DNA from: an uncultured Spirochaetota bacterium
GTDB taxonomy: Bacteria > Spirochaetota > UBA4802 > UBA5550
Direction: 5' to 3'
DNA: 64,000 nt
Assembly (NCBI GenBank): GCA_963827275.1
Contig: CAWHAA010000006.1
Location: 192,001 to 256,000 of the forward strand
Shown one piece after another: positions 1-10,292 of the stretch. The position numbers and the translations under genes are program-made. The notes below the pieces were generated by a model that saw only the letters and a program-made list of their open reading frames with translations, made no database searches and was not told where the DNA came from. Every line of letters begins with the position of its first letter. Position 1 is the first letter of the stretch.

Positions 1-510
1 CGTCCGGGGAAAAGCTGGCGCCGGAAAGCGAGAGCTCCATCGTGCGCGCCCTCCCGGCAAGGGAGAGCATTTTGCTGATGCCCCCGCACCCGGGCATGAG
101 CCCGAATGTCGATTCGGGAAGCCCCAGCACCGACCCTTCGCCGCACACGCGCGCGTGGCAGAAGAGCGCCAGCTCGAGCGCCGAGCCGAGGCAGACCCCG
201 CGTATGGCCGCGACAACCGGGATGGCGCATTCCTCGAAAAACCGGAATGACGAGAGGTTGTCATGCAAAAATGCGGGCATCGCGCAGCCGTGTTCCCTGA
301 TGGCGTTCTTCAAGTCCTCAAGATCGGCGCCGGAAGAAAAATGCCGTCCTGACCCGTATATAACAATGCCGCTGGCTCCGGAAGAGGGGATCACTTCCAC
401 GGTGAGGCGCTTCAATTCAGAAAAAAAAAGCGGGTCATCCTGTTCGACGGGGGCGCGTTCAGGACCAGGTGCCCGATGGAATCGTGAATTGTATACGCAG
501 GATTATTCAT
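1..510 (-). CDS. Enoyl-CoA hydratase/isomerase family protein; runs off the window start; frameshift at the A9 run 421-429
   Basis: Hand translation from ATG 510: MNNPAYTIHDSIGHLVLNAPPSNRMTRFF, then after a frame change SELKRL...GRHFSSGADL...PVVAAIRGVCLGSALELALFCHARV...LGLPESTFGLMPGCGG. Crotonase motifs. Start overlaps the stop of the upstream ECH gene. Not in the ORF track. Confidence 0.85.
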
Positions 511-1237
511 GCGATGCAACCGCCAGTCTGCAGAACATTCGTGTCTCCTCTTCCATGGCCGCGCGCGCTTCCATCGTGCGCGCGTTGTTTATGGCGCGTA
601 CGATGGATGTAACTGCGGCACGCGGCTTACCATCAACCATTTTTTTCATGAGGGCCATTGAAAAATCCAGGGCTCCGCGGGGAGGGGCCATGTGATCGAC
701 AAGCCCGATTTCGAGCGCCCTGGCGGCGTCGATGACATCCCCGGAGAGGAGCATCTGCACCGAAACGCTCCGGGTGACGGTCCGCGCGAGCCGGGAGGCG
801 CCGCCGAATCCCGGCACCAGACCATGGTTGATTTCCGGGAAGGCGAAGATGGCGCCCGGGGAGCAGACCCGGATGTGGCAGGCGAGGGCGATCTCGAGCC
901 CGGCCCCGAAGCAGGCCCCGCGTATGGCAGCGATGACAGGCACCTCCGCTGTTTCAATGTGGCGGAGAATATCCATGCCGTCGCTCATTGCCCTGAAAAG
1001 CTCTGATTCACGTGCCGCCAGCTCCCTGACGCGATCGAGGTCGCCGCCGGCGGAAAAATGCCGGCCTTCGCCGGTGATGATTATGCCGCGGATATCGCCG
1101 TCATTGGTCCATTCGCGGAGCCGCTCCAATTCAACAAAGGAAGGCTCCGAGAGGTAATTCTGCGGGGGATTGGCGATGGTCATGGTCCCGATCTGACCGG
1201 ACACCTCCCAGGTTGTCATGATTGAACGCTCCATCAC
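503..1237 (-). CDS. Enoyl-CoA hydratase/isomerase family protein
   Basis: FSAGGDL, AAIRGACFGAGLEIALACHIR, FAFPEINHGLVPGFGG motifs. Start is GTG 1237 or ATG 1219. Confidence 0.93.
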   Translation of the reverse strand: MMERSIMTTWEVSGQIGTMTIANPPQNYLSEPSFVELERLREWTNDGDIRGIIITGEGRHFSAGGDLDRVRELAARESELFRAMSDGMDILRHIETAEVPVIAAIRGACFGAGLEIALACHIRVCSPGAIFAFPEINHGLVPGFGGASRLARTVTRSVSVQMLLSGDVIDAARALEIGLVDHMAPPRGALDFSMALMKKMVDGKPRAAVTSIVRAINNARTMEARAAMEEETRMFCRLAVASHE

Positions 1238-1629
1238 GCCCCCGGGAAAAACTCAGGTATATCGAGAGGAACACGGTCGCGGTCCACAAGGATGGTTTTT
1301 ACCGATCCGCGCGCGATCAACCCGCCGTCCCGGACGTTTCTGATCGATTGTTTGAAGACAAGGTACGGGGCTTCACGGGCAATATCTGTTCCGCAAACCA
1401 GTTCGTCAAAGACTTTCGCTTCACGGGAATAGCGGATGGAAGCCTCAGCGACGACAAGGATATGTCCGCTGCCGGCAAAATAATCGAACAGGCCGAGCGA
1501 CCTGAGGGCCTCCCACCGGGCGTGCTCGAAGTAGTTCATGTACACGGCATTGTTCACGTGCCCGAAGGAATCGATTTCGTAGCCCCGCACGGAAAACCTG
1601 CATTCATGTTCCGACCGCTTTTCAGACAT
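1234..1629 (-). CDS. Acyl-CoA/acyl-ACP thioesterase, 4HBT/YbgC hot-dog family
   Basis: VRGYEIDSFGHVNNAVYMNYFEHAR signature. Confidence 0.92.
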   Translation of the reverse strand: MSEKRSEHECRFSVRGYEIDSFGHVNNAVYMNYFEHARWEALRSLGLFDYFAGSGHILVVAEASIRYSREAKVFDELVCGTDIAREAPYLVFKQSIRNVRDGGLIARGSVKTILVDRDRVPLDIPEFFPGA

Positions 1630-1735
1630 GCCCCGCATTTTGCCAGGAAGATTGCGATCCTGTCAATCACGATGTGCGGAGAGGTTTTTTTTATTGCAAT
1701 ATTTTCGAGATAAAAATGATACTGATACTGCACTT

Positions 1736-2872
1736 ATGACAGAACCATGCCAGTACAGTATCGGTGTTTTCGGAAGCGGCCGCATGGGCGCGGATATCGT
1801 CGATTACCTGTCTGATTTTCCGGTCCGGCTGACGTGGATATGCGTTTCTGAAGAGGAGCGGGAGAAGGCCCGGCGCGCATATCAGAAAAAGATCGGGCGC
1901 CGGCACCGCAATGGCCTGATGGACGACGCGCAGTTCGAGCTGCGGAAAAAGAGCAGCGCTATTTCCTCGTCACCCGCGGAGTGCGCAGACTGCGATATCA
2001 TCATTGAAGCGATAATCGAGGACGAAGACGCCAAGAGGAAGCTCTTTGCCGGGATCGAAGCTCACGCCCGCGGCGACACGGTGATTGTTTCAAATACGTC
2101 ATCCATCAACCTGTCGCGGCTCATCGAAAACGCCGTGCGCCGGGAGCGTTTTGCCGGCCTCCATTTTTTCTTTCCGGTGAGGTACAGGGACATCGCCGAA
2201 CTGGTACTAACCGACAAAACGGATGCAGCAGCGGCCGGAAGGCTCCGACAATTCCTCTCGTTCCTCGGCCGGTTTTACCTTGAGATGGGCGAACGGGACG
2301 CATTTATACTGAACAGGGTCGTCCTGGATTGCCAGGCACAGGCATGCCGCTTCTGCGAAGAAGGCGCGTTCATGCCGCGGGATATTGACGGTATCGTCAA
2401 ACAATCATTCTTCCCGTCGGGCATCTTCGAGTTGTTTGACAGCGTGGGAATTGATGTTGTATACCGTTCCGTGGTCAACTATACTGAAAGCCTTGCGGAC
2501 CGGGAATTTTACATGCCGATGCTGCGGGCGCTGCAGTCGCTGGTATCGTCCGGCAGGCTCGGCAGAAAAAACGGCGCGGGATTTTATGACTACAATGAAA
2601 CCGATGCGAGAGCGGAGGACAGGCCTGCCGTGGATGCAACCGACGCCGGATTGCTGTTACACGCCATCTATGTCAATTCGGCTTTCAGGGCCCTTGAACG
2701 CGGCACCTGGAGGCGTGAAGACCTTGAATATGCTCTGGCGGAGTACACGGGTGCCAGAGCGGGCCCCTTCGCGCATGCAGGGGAACCGGCAAAGCGCGAG
2801 ATGAGGGGCGTGCTGACGGAACATTATAAAAAGACCGGTTTTGAGGCGTACCGGCCTTCGATGCTGTTTTAA
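1736..2872 (+). CDS. 3-hydroxyacyl-CoA dehydrogenase family protein
   Basis: GSGRMG Rossmann motif, IIEAIIED, SNTSS, GLHFFFP, GRLGRKNGAGFYDY. Start ATG 1736 chosen within ORF 1628..2872. Confidence 0.92.
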   Translation: MTEPCQYSIGVFGSGRMGADIVDYLSDFPVRLTWICVSEEEREKARRAYQKKIGRRHRNGLMDDAQFELRKKSSAISSSPAECADCDIIIEAIIEDEDAKRKLFAGIEAHARGDTVIVSNTSSINLSRLIENAVRRERFAGLHFFFPVRYRDIAELVLTDKTDAAAAGRLRQFLSFLGRFYLEMGERDAFILNRVVLDCQAQACRFCEEGAFMPRDIDGIVKQSFFPSGIFELFDSVGIDVVYRSVVNYTESLADREFYMPMLRALQSLVSSGRLGRKNGAGFYDYNETDARAEDRPAVDATDAGLLLHAIYVNSAFRALERGTWRREDLEYALAEYTGARAGPFAHAGEPAKREMRGVLTEHYKKTGFEAYRPSMLF

Positions 2873-2934
2873 TGAAAAACAAACCGGCCAAAACTGCCTG
2901 AAGCGGGGGGTGATGCCGAAGGATGACGCACGTG

Positions 2935-4356
2935 ATGAAAAAGGTGCTTCTGGTCAACACCAACATGGAAACAAAACCGTACCCGGTGCCGCCGCTGGGG
3001 CTCTGCCTCGTCGCCTCGTCCCTGGCCGGAAGCTACGATGTCATGGTCTATGATCCCGCGACAGACCGGGGGGCCGCCCTGCCGAAGGTCGTGGAAGATT
3101 TCAGGCCGGATTATGTGGGCGTATCGATACGGAATATCGACGACATGAACGTCCTGAATCCAACGAGCTATGCCGAAACTGTCAGGGACACCTTCCTCAC
3201 GCCGCTCAGCGAATTGACGGGCGCACCCCTTATTCTCGGCGGGAGCGCCTTCAGCATCCTCCCGGAACACTTCATGTCATATTTTAATGCGGATTACGGC
3301 ATCTTCGGGGAGGGTGAATCAGCGTTTCCGATCCTCCTTGAATGCCTTGAACGGGGCGGCGATCCCGGAACGGTGCCAGGCGTGCGCGCCAGGGGCGCGG
3401 CCGGCGGCGCGGGTCAGGGGGGATATCTCGACCTTTCCGGATTGCCGTTTTCTGAGATTGACCGGAAGATCGATTATGCCCCCTACCGCGCCAGGGGCTC
3501 TTACCCGGTGCAGACAAAGCGCGGCTGCTCGCACCGGTGCCTCTACTGCACCTATAACTGCATCGAGGGATACCGGTACCGCGTCAGGCCCCCGGCCATG
3601 GTCGCGGACGAAATAGAGCAGGCGGCGGCACGGCTCGGCGAGGTGACCTTCGAGTTTGTCGATTCCACCTTCAACGATCCCGCGGGACACGCGGAAGGCA
3701 TATGCAGTGAGATCGTGCGGCGCAAGCTCGGGGTGCGGCTCAGGACCATGGGAATAAACCCGTGCCACGCGTCACGGGAGCTTTTCGATCTGATGGCCGC
3801 TGCCGGGTTCGCGCAGATCGACTGCACGCCGGACAGCGCGTCCCCCCGGATGCTGAAAAGCCTCGGAAAAAATTTCACACTGGGGGAGCTCGCCCGCGCC
3901 GCACGGATCGTGCGCGAGGCGGACATGCCCACCATGTGGTTTTTTATCTTCGGCGGGCCGGGGGAAAACGAGGATACGGTCCGCGAGACCTTCGACTTCA
4001 TCGACAGCTCGATCAGCGGCAGCGACATGGTGCACATGACCTGCGGGCTCCGCATATACCCCGGCACCGGCCTGTACCGGCGCGCCATAGAGGACGGGAC
4101 GATCGCACCGGACGATCCGGCGATTGATACGCGCTTTTACATCTCCCGGGAGCTTGGCAGGGACCGCCTGTTCGGACTCGTCGCGGATGCGGCGAAGCAG
4201 CGCCCCAACTGTGTGCCGGTCATGGAAACAGAGCCGCCCCCTGAAATGATGCAGGAGGCCATGGCGCTCCGGAAGCGCAGCAATCTTGATGAACCCATGT
4301 TCAGGACCCTGCTCCGCCTGAGGTACAGGAAGTTCGGAAGGGAGATGGAAGAATAG
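2935..4356 (+). CDS. B12-binding radical SAM protein (lipid-biosynthesis type)
   Basis: N-terminal PYPVPPLGL cobalamin-binding domain, GEGE, QTKRGCSHRCLYC (CX3CX2C), RIYPGT. Confidence 0.9.
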   Translation: MKKVLLVNTNMETKPYPVPPLGLCLVASSLAGSYDVMVYDPATDRGAALPKVVEDFRPDYVGVSIRNIDDMNVLNPTSYAETVRDTFLTPLSELTGAPLILGGSAFSILPEHFMSYFNADYGIFGEGESAFPILLECLERGGDPGTVPGVRARGAAGGAGQGGYLDLSGLPFSEIDRKIDYAPYRARGSYPVQTKRGCSHRCLYCTYNCIEGYRYRVRPPAMVADEIEQAAARLGEVTFEFVDSTFNDPAGHAEGICSEIVRRKLGVRLRTMGINPCHASRELFDLMAAAGFAQIDCTPDSASPRMLKSLGKNFTLGELARAARIVREADMPTMWFFIFGGPGENEDTVRETFDFIDSSISGSDMVHMTCGLRIYPGTGLYRRAIEDGTIAPDDPAIDTRFYISRELGRDRLFGLVADAAKQRPNCVPVMETEPPPEMMQEAMALRKRSNLDEPMFRTLLRLRYRKFGREMEE

Positions 4357-4438
4357 AGGGCCGGATAAAAAGATTTTGACAAAATCGCAGGTCTTTCGGT
4401 AATGTTTTACGATTATGCCTCGCAGGCAGGGATACGGT

Positions 4439-5908
4439 ATGAGGGGAACACGCTTACTTGTCGCAATCACCATCGCGCTGCTGGTCATGCTTCCCGCCGC
4501 GGGCAGGGAGTCACGGCTGGACGTGAGCCGCGCCACGGTGAAGATAATCCGCACCTCGGTGCGCCCGGATTACAACCAGCCGTGGAAGATGAAGGAGCCC
4601 GAGACATCGGTCGGATCAGGCGCGATTATCACCGGGAAAAAGATCCTCACCAACGCCCATGTCGTGTCCGACGCCACCTACATCCAGGTAAAGAAAGAGA
4701 GCGACCCGGAGCTCTACGACGCCCGGATTCTCTTTATCGCCCATGACTGCGACCTGGCGCTGCTCGAAGTGAACGATCCCGGATTTTACAATGGCACGGT
4801 CCAGCTCGGGCTGGGCGGCATCCCGGAGCTGCGTTCGAAAGTAACCACGTACGGATACCCGATGGGCGGCAGCCGCATCTCGATCACCGAGGGCATCACC
4901 TCGCGCATCGAGATCGGGGAGTACGCACACAGCGGCAGCATGTCGTTTCTTCTTATCCAGACTGACGCGGCAATAAATCCCGGCAACAGCGGCGGCCCTG
5001 TAATGCAGGGGAATCTCATCGCCGGGATTGCGTTCCAGGGGAACATGCAATCGGAGAATATCGGCTACCTGATACCGACCCCGATCATACGGCATTTCCT
5101 CGATGACATCCGCGACGGCAGGTACAACGGCTTCCCCATGCTCGGCGCCTTCACCGATCCGCTGGAGAACATCAGCTTCCGGCGTTACCTCGGCATGAAG
5201 GACGGGCAGAGCGGCATCATCGTCACGATGGTCCTCCCCGGCGGCGGGGCCGAGGGCCATCTCCAGCAGGGAGACGTGATTACGGCGATCGATTCGGTCC
5301 CCATCGCGAATGACGGCACGATTCGCTTCAGCCAGGGCAGGATCTATTACTCGTACGTCATCGATACCAGGCAGGTCGGGGAACCGATTACGCTGAATAT
5401 CATACGCAAGGGGAGGCCCGCAACCGCAACGTATCCGATGAAGGCGTTTCAACACAGGATTTCATGGTTCAACGAGTACGAAACGCTTCCGCGCTATTGC
5501 ATATTCGGCGGATTGATTTTTCAGCCCCTTTCGAAGGAATACCTCATGACCTGGGACAAGTGGTGGCATACCGCCGACCGGCGCCTCCTCTATTATTACC
5601 AGTACCATATAAGCGACAGGCTCTTTCCGGAGAGGAAGGAATTCATACTGCTGAACGGTGTCCTGCCCGACGAGGCCAACACCTACCTGTCCGATGTTCA
5701 CGACAAGGCGGTCGATTCTATTAATGGCGTAAAAATAACAAAACTCGGGGATGTGCCGGCGGCGTTCAACGCGCCCCGGGGCGGTTATCATGTCATACGG
5801 CTGGACGGTACGACGTTTCCCCTTGTGTTGAAGGCCTCTGAAATGGATGCAGCAAATATCAGAATTCAGAAAAAATACAATATCCCTTCGCTGGTGCGCC
5901 TGCAATAA
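4439..5908 (+). CDS. Deg/HtrA-family serine protease with two PDZ-like domains (Deg2-like), intact triad
   Basis: Signal peptide; TNAHVV (His), DCDLALL (Asp), QTDAAINPGNSGGP (Ser); C-terminal GGLIFQPL domain. Confidence 0.93.
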   Translation: MRGTRLLVAITIALLVMLPAAGRESRLDVSRATVKIIRTSVRPDYNQPWKMKEPETSVGSGAIITGKKILTNAHVVSDATYIQVKKESDPELYDARILFIAHDCDLALLEVNDPGFYNGTVQLGLGGIPELRSKVTTYGYPMGGSRISITEGITSRIEIGEYAHSGSMSFLLIQTDAAINPGNSGGPVMQGNLIAGIAFQGNMQSENIGYLIPTPIIRHFLDDIRDGRYNGFPMLGAFTDPLENISFRRYLGMKDGQSGIIVTMVLPGGGAEGHLQQGDVITAIDSVPIANDGTIRFSQGRIYYSYVIDTRQVGEPITLNIIRKGRPATATYPMKAFQHRISWFNEYETLPRYCIFGGLIFQPLSKEYLMTWDKWWHTADRRLLYYYQYHISDRLFPERKEFILLNGVLPDEANTYLSDVHDKAVDSINGVKITKLGDVPAAFNAPRGGYHVIRLDGTTFPLVLKASEMDAANIRIQKKYNIPSLVRLQ

Positions 5909-5941
5909 ACTAGTTCCCGGCCGCAGGCCGGGGATAACTGG

Positions 5942-7429
5942 ATGAAGATAATGAGGACAATGAAATACATAGCCGCTATAACTGCAATCTTGCTATGCAT
6001 GTGCGGCGCGCTGCCGATGGACGCCGGCGCCATGGACGACCGCGTGGTCTACCTTGTGGTCACTTCGCAGAAGCATGACAATGCGTCTCCCTGGCAGATG
6101 GGGGGCATAGCCCGATCCAACGCGACCGGCTGCGTGATCGAAGGCAACATGATACTGACCACGGCATATTCCCTGGCTGACCACGCGATAATAGAGGTGA
6201 TGAAAAAGGGAGAGAGCAGGAAATACGCGGCCGAGGTGTTCATCAAGGACTACCACGCCGGGCTTGCGCTCCTGCGGGTAAAGGACGCGGCGTTCTTTGA
6301 GGGCCTCCGGCCGGTCGAATTCGCCCCGACCGGCAAGATCACCGGCAGGAAGGCGGCGGTGTACCGGTGGGACTCGCTGAGCAGCCTCAAGGAATATTCA
6401 GCTGATCTCACCAAGTCCTCGATACGGTTCTATGACCCGGGCTGCGCTGCGCTCATGCACCAGTACTCGACCAGCATGAACGACGGCGGCAGCGGCGAGC
6501 CGGTTTTCGTCGACGGGAAGCTCGCGGGGATCGCGACCGCGCTCAGCAACGAGACGAAGACGCTCTACGTGCTCGGGACGGACGTCGTCAGGCGCATGCT
6601 TGACGACGCGGCCGACGGGGACTACCGGGGCGTCCCGTTCTTCTGGATCGACGTCATGGAGCTGCGGAGCGATGTCAACCTGCGTGAGTATTTCGGCGTG
6701 TCCCCGGGCGACGGGGGCGTGCTGGTGACCGCCGTCCCGCCGATAAGCAGCGGGGGCGACGCGCTCCGCATTAACGACATCATCCAGTCGATAGACGGGC
6801 AGCCCATTGACGACAGCGGCATGTACGATTCGCCCTACGGCAAGCTCTACTTCTACGGCATGATACAGCTCAAGCACCACGTCGGCGACACCGTGACCAT
6901 GGGGATACTGCGAGACAGGAAGAAGATGTCTGTGCGGTTCCAGCTCAGGCCGGTCCCGGAGGATTGCTGCGGTATCCCCCTCGTGTCCAGCGACAGGAAA
7001 CCTTCCTATTGCCTGTTCGGTGGCCTGGTCTTCCAGGAGCTGAGTATCGGGTATCTCGAGCTTTTCGGCAGGGACTGGAAACAGAAAGCCGACAAGCGGC
7101 TCCTCTATTATTATGATTCGGTAAAGACCATCGCGGGACAGGGACCCGATACGCGGGTGATCGTGCTCACCCGGGTCCTGCCCGATCCGGTAAACAAGGG
7201 ATACCAGCAGTACCGGGACATGGTGCTCGAAACAGTTAACGGCGTGAAAGTAAAAAACCTCGCCGCCATGAAAAAGCTGATCGACGGGTCATCCGGTGAC
7301 TTCATCGTGCTCGGGTTCGCGGGCGAATCCACCATCGTGATTGACCGGAAGATGGCGGCCGGCGGCGAAAAGGAGCTTCTTCGGAAATACAACGTAATTG
7401 CCCCGCATAATATTCCCGGTATTGACTGA
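5942..7429 (+). CDS. Deg/HtrA paralog with a degenerate catalytic triad
   Basis: Colinear with the upstream protease (GGLVFQELS, ADKRLLYYY), but TTAYSL and HAGLALL replace the His and Asp motifs. Confidence 0.85.
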   Translation: MKIMRTMKYIAAITAILLCMCGALPMDAGAMDDRVVYLVVTSQKHDNASPWQMGGIARSNATGCVIEGNMILTTAYSLADHAIIEVMKKGESRKYAAEVFIKDYHAGLALLRVKDAAFFEGLRPVEFAPTGKITGRKAAVYRWDSLSSLKEYSADLTKSSIRFYDPGCAALMHQYSTSMNDGGSGEPVFVDGKLAGIATALSNETKTLYVLGTDVVRRMLDDAADGDYRGVPFFWIDVMELRSDVNLREYFGVSPGDGGVLVTAVPPISSGGDALRINDIIQSIDGQPIDDSGMYDSPYGKLYFYGMIQLKHHVGDTVTMGILRDRKKMSVRFQLRPVPEDCCGIPLVSSDRKPSYCLFGGLVFQELSIGYLELFGRDWKQKADKRLLYYYDSVKTIAGQGPDTRVIVLTRVLPDPVNKGYQQYRDMVLETVNGVKVKNLAAMKKLIDGSSGDFIVLGFAGESTIVIDRKMAAGGEKELLRKYNVIAPHNIPGID

Positions 7430-7487
7430 GGCCGCCGACGCGCGGCGGTGTAACATGCCCCATGCCGGGATGAACAAGGTCAGGACG

Positions 7488-8501
7488 ATGATACCACGGA
7501 CAGCATTTATAGCTCTCATTATTATTTCACCGATCGCACTGGGTGCGAAGACGGCGGCGCCGGGGCCCGCAGGGGAACAGGCGCTTCAGGCGAAGGACGA
7601 AGCGGCACAGGGGAGCACGCTCCGAAAAGAAGCGCCGCCGCCGGCGGCGCAGGATGACGCGGCCAGGAAAAAGGAAGGGCAGGCGATCATGAAAAAATCG
7701 ATACGCTACTCCCTTATCGCGGCAGTCCCGATAAACACCTATGTCGTGTCCCTCCTGACCTGGGACTGGGGAAAAACGACAAAATTCAGGGTGGGCCATG
7801 AAGGCTGGTTCGGGCGCAACACCTATACCGGCGGGGCGGACAAGATGGCCCACATGTTTTCCTTTTACACGATGATGCGGGTCCTCTACAACGTGTATGA
7901 TTACACTGAAGACGGCGCGCCGTCCAAGTGGGCCTATTCCGTGGGCCTCACGACATTCCTGGCGCTCGGCATTGAGATAGGGGACGGGTTCTGCAAAAAC
8001 CAGAACGGGTTCGGGTATGCCGACCTCACCATGGGCCTGATCGGCATAGGGATCGCGTCGCTCCTGGAGGCATTCCCGGCGGTCGATTCCTTCGTAAGCT
8101 TGAGCGCCCAGTATATCCCGACAAAATATTTCAGGAAGCACCCGCAGCGGCTCAAATGGTTCATGGACGATTACAGCGGGTGGCGGTTCATGGCGAACAT
8201 AAAGCTCGCCGGGTTCCGGTACGTCGGCGTCAAGATACCGGAGTTCCTGAGGTACGTGCAGTTTGATATCGGGTATTATACCACCGGCTATACCAAATAC
8301 GATTACGCCTGGGGCGAGCTTGAGAAAACCTTCAACATCAGGGGGAAGGAGCGGAACGTGTATATCGGCATTTCGGTGAACCTGGCGGAATTCATCAAGG
8401 ACTTCTTCACCGACAAGGAAAGCCTTGCCTGCCGCGCCCTTCAGCAGCCGTTCAAGTATTACCATGTCCCGCTCGGCGTCGATCACCGGTTCAGACTATA
8501 G
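7488..8501 (+). CDS. DUF2279/YfiM-like exported or membrane protein
   Basis: Signal peptide; EGWFG..TYTGGADKMAH, EIGDGF, DDYSG motifs. Confidence 0.7.
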   Translation: MIPRTAFIALIIISPIALGAKTAAPGPAGEQALQAKDEAAQGSTLRKEAPPPAAQDDAARKKEGQAIMKKSIRYSLIAAVPINTYVVSLLTWDWGKTTKFRVGHEGWFGRNTYTGGADKMAHMFSFYTMMRVLYNVYDYTEDGAPSKWAYSVGLTTFLALGIEIGDGFCKNQNGFGYADLTMGLIGIGIASLLEAFPAVDSFVSLSAQYIPTKYFRKHPQRLKWFMDDYSGWRFMANIKLAGFRYVGVKIPEFLRYVQFDIGYYTTGYTKYDYAWGELEKTFNIRGKERNVYIGISVNLAEFIKDFFTDKESLACRALQQPFKYYHVPLGVDHRFRL

Positions 8502-8511
8502 GGGGTACTTC

Positions 8512-8979
8512 ATGAAAGAGAAAGACGTCAGGGTCGATTACCGCGAGCACCAGCTCATCCTCTACGCCGAAAAGAAGGACGGATCGTACGGGCCGGTGCG
8601 CACGGGCTCTTATATCACAAAAAACTACATCGATGACTTCTGGCTGAAGCGCCGCAATCTTGAGCGCGAATATCTTGAAAAGGTCCGCGCCGGGGAGATA
8701 AGCCCCATCGCCTGCTACATGGTACTTGAGGAACTGACCCCCACCGAGCTTGCGTCACGGGTGAAGATCCCGGCGCGAAAGGTCAAGCGGCACATGACGC
8801 CCGGGCATTTCGGCGAGGCAACGGTTGATGAGCTGCGGCGCTACTGCGAAGTGTTCAACGTGCCGCTGGTCTCCATGTTCCAGGCGATCGTCGCCGGTAA
8901 AAAAAGCTTGAAAATTCACGAGATCAAAACGGAAAATCCATACTTCAGCATACTCGGTATTGATACGGTGAAAAAATGA
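8512..8979 (+). CDS. Conserved hypothetical protein with an HTH-like C-terminus, of the kind seen in flexirubin/DAR-type clusters
   Basis: SD GGGGG before ATG 8512; LYA..DGSY..V.TG, GEISPI.CYM, LASRV...KVKRHM.P..F...L.RY.EVFNV pattern, recalled from such clusters. Confidence 0.65.
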   Translation: MKEKDVRVDYREHQLILYAEKKDGSYGPVRTGSYITKNYIDDFWLKRRNLEREYLEKVRAGEISPIACYMVLEELTPTELASRVKIPARKVKRHMTPGHFGEATVDELRRYCEVFNVPLVSMFQAIVAGKKSLKIHEIKTENPYFSILGIDTVKK

Positions 8980-9980
8980 CGTTCAAGCACACAATGGCCG
9001 CCCACTGCGAGTCGGGCACGGTTTCAGCGATCCTGCGGCACAGCGGCCTTGATATTTCCGAGCCGCTCGTGTTCGGCATGGCGGGCGGCATCTTCTTCGG
9101 CTATTTTGAATCGAGGAAATTTCCCTTTCCGACCTTTGTCGTAAGGAACCGGCCGGGGCAGATACGGACCGGCATCGCCCGGCGCATCGGCGTAACGTTC
9201 AGGGAACGGCGGTTTCGCGACCCGGCGGCGGGTGAGCGGGCGCTGGACGAGCTCCTGGCCCAGGAGATCCCCGTCGCATGCCAGACGGATTTTTTTTACA
9301 TGGACTACCTCCCGGGGCATGTGCGCGTCCATATCAACGTACACTTCATAATCGTCGTGGAGAAGAAGGACGGCCTCTACCGGGTGAGCGATTGCTATTC
9401 GCCCGTCGTTGCGGACCTCGGCCGGGATTCATTGATGAAGGCGCGCTTCGCGGGAGGAAGTTTTGCGCCGAAGGGATTTTTGTTTTACCCGGTCTCCGTA
9501 CCCGGCAGCATCGATTACCGGGGGGCCATCTGGAAGGGGATCAGAAGCGCGGCGTTCAACATGGTGAAGCTCCCCATGCCGTTCCTGGGCGTAAGGGGGA
9601 TACGCCTTTTCGCGAAAAAGGTCGTTGACTGGCCGGAGCTTGCGCGCGATACCGAGCACCTGTCCCACGAGATCATGAAGATAAACATTTTTCTCGAGGA
9701 CCAGGGCACGGGCGGGGCGGGGTTCAGGTTCATGTACGCCGCTTTTTTGCGGGAGGCGTCGGAGCTGCTTAACGACCCGGACCTCCTCGACATGTCCAGG
9801 CGCATCATGGAGATCGGCGACCGGTGGCGGGAGATTTCCCTCTTCGCGGCGCGCATCGGAAAGCGGCGCGACCTGGGGCGCGAGCGGCTCGAGGAATTGA
9901 GCTCGATGATATACGCCCGCGCTGACGCGGAGGAGCGTTTCTTCCGGGACCTCCTTGCGATGAGCAAGAAAAAGAAATAA
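8976..9980 (+). CDS. BtrH-like protein (BtrH N-terminal/DUF4872; putative ACP-dependent acyltransferase or peptidase)
   Basis: F.H..AAHCESG (Cys), SEPLVFG..GG.FFGY, H.NVHFI (His), E.QGTGGAGFRFMYAAFL.EA. ATGA overlap with the upstream gene. Confidence 0.82.
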   Translation: MTFKHTMAAHCESGTVSAILRHSGLDISEPLVFGMAGGIFFGYFESRKFPFPTFVVRNRPGQIRTGIARRIGVTFRERRFRDPAAGERALDELLAQEIPVACQTDFFYMDYLPGHVRVHINVHFIIVVEKKDGLYRVSDCYSPVVADLGRDSLMKARFAGGSFAPKGFLFYPVSVPGSIDYRGAIWKGIRSAAFNMVKLPMPFLGVRGIRLFAKKVVDWPELARDTEHLSHEIMKINIFLEDQGTGGAGFRFMYAAFLREASELLNDPDLLDMSRRIMEIGDRWREISLFAARIGKRRDLGRERLEELSSMIYARADAEERFFRDLLAMSKKKK

Positions 9981-9995
9981 TGCGGTGGTGGTAAA

Positions 9996-10275
9996 ATGAC
10001 GGCAAACATATCAGCTGATTTAAAGAAAGAGATCAAGTCCCTGATCATACAGGCGCTCAATATCGATGACGTGGGACCCGGAAGAGGTGGGCGACGATGA
10101 CCCGCTGTTCGGCGACGGGAACGTCCTCGGGCTTGATTCCATCGACGCCCTCGAGATCGTGATGGCGCTGCAGGAGAAATACGGGGTACGCATCGATGAT
10201 AAAAACCAGGCGCGGTTTATCCTGAAATCCATAGCCACCATCGCCGAGTATGTCGCCATGCATCGGACCAGGTAG
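9996..10275 (+). CDS. Acyl carrier protein (APE/flexirubin-type); one extra G at about 10072-10075
   Basis: Joined translation MTANISADLKKEIKSLIIQALNIDDV/DPEEVGDDDPLFGDGNVLGLDSIDALEIVMALQEKYGVRI; GLDSID phosphopantetheine site. Confidence 0.9.
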
Positions 10276-10292
10276 CGCGCCCGGCGCAGGTT

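Noticed and set aside
421..429. A9 homopolymer frameshift as a phase-variation switch
   Set aside because: The tract is short and the window has many other indels consistent with sequencing error; it cannot be distinguished without reads.
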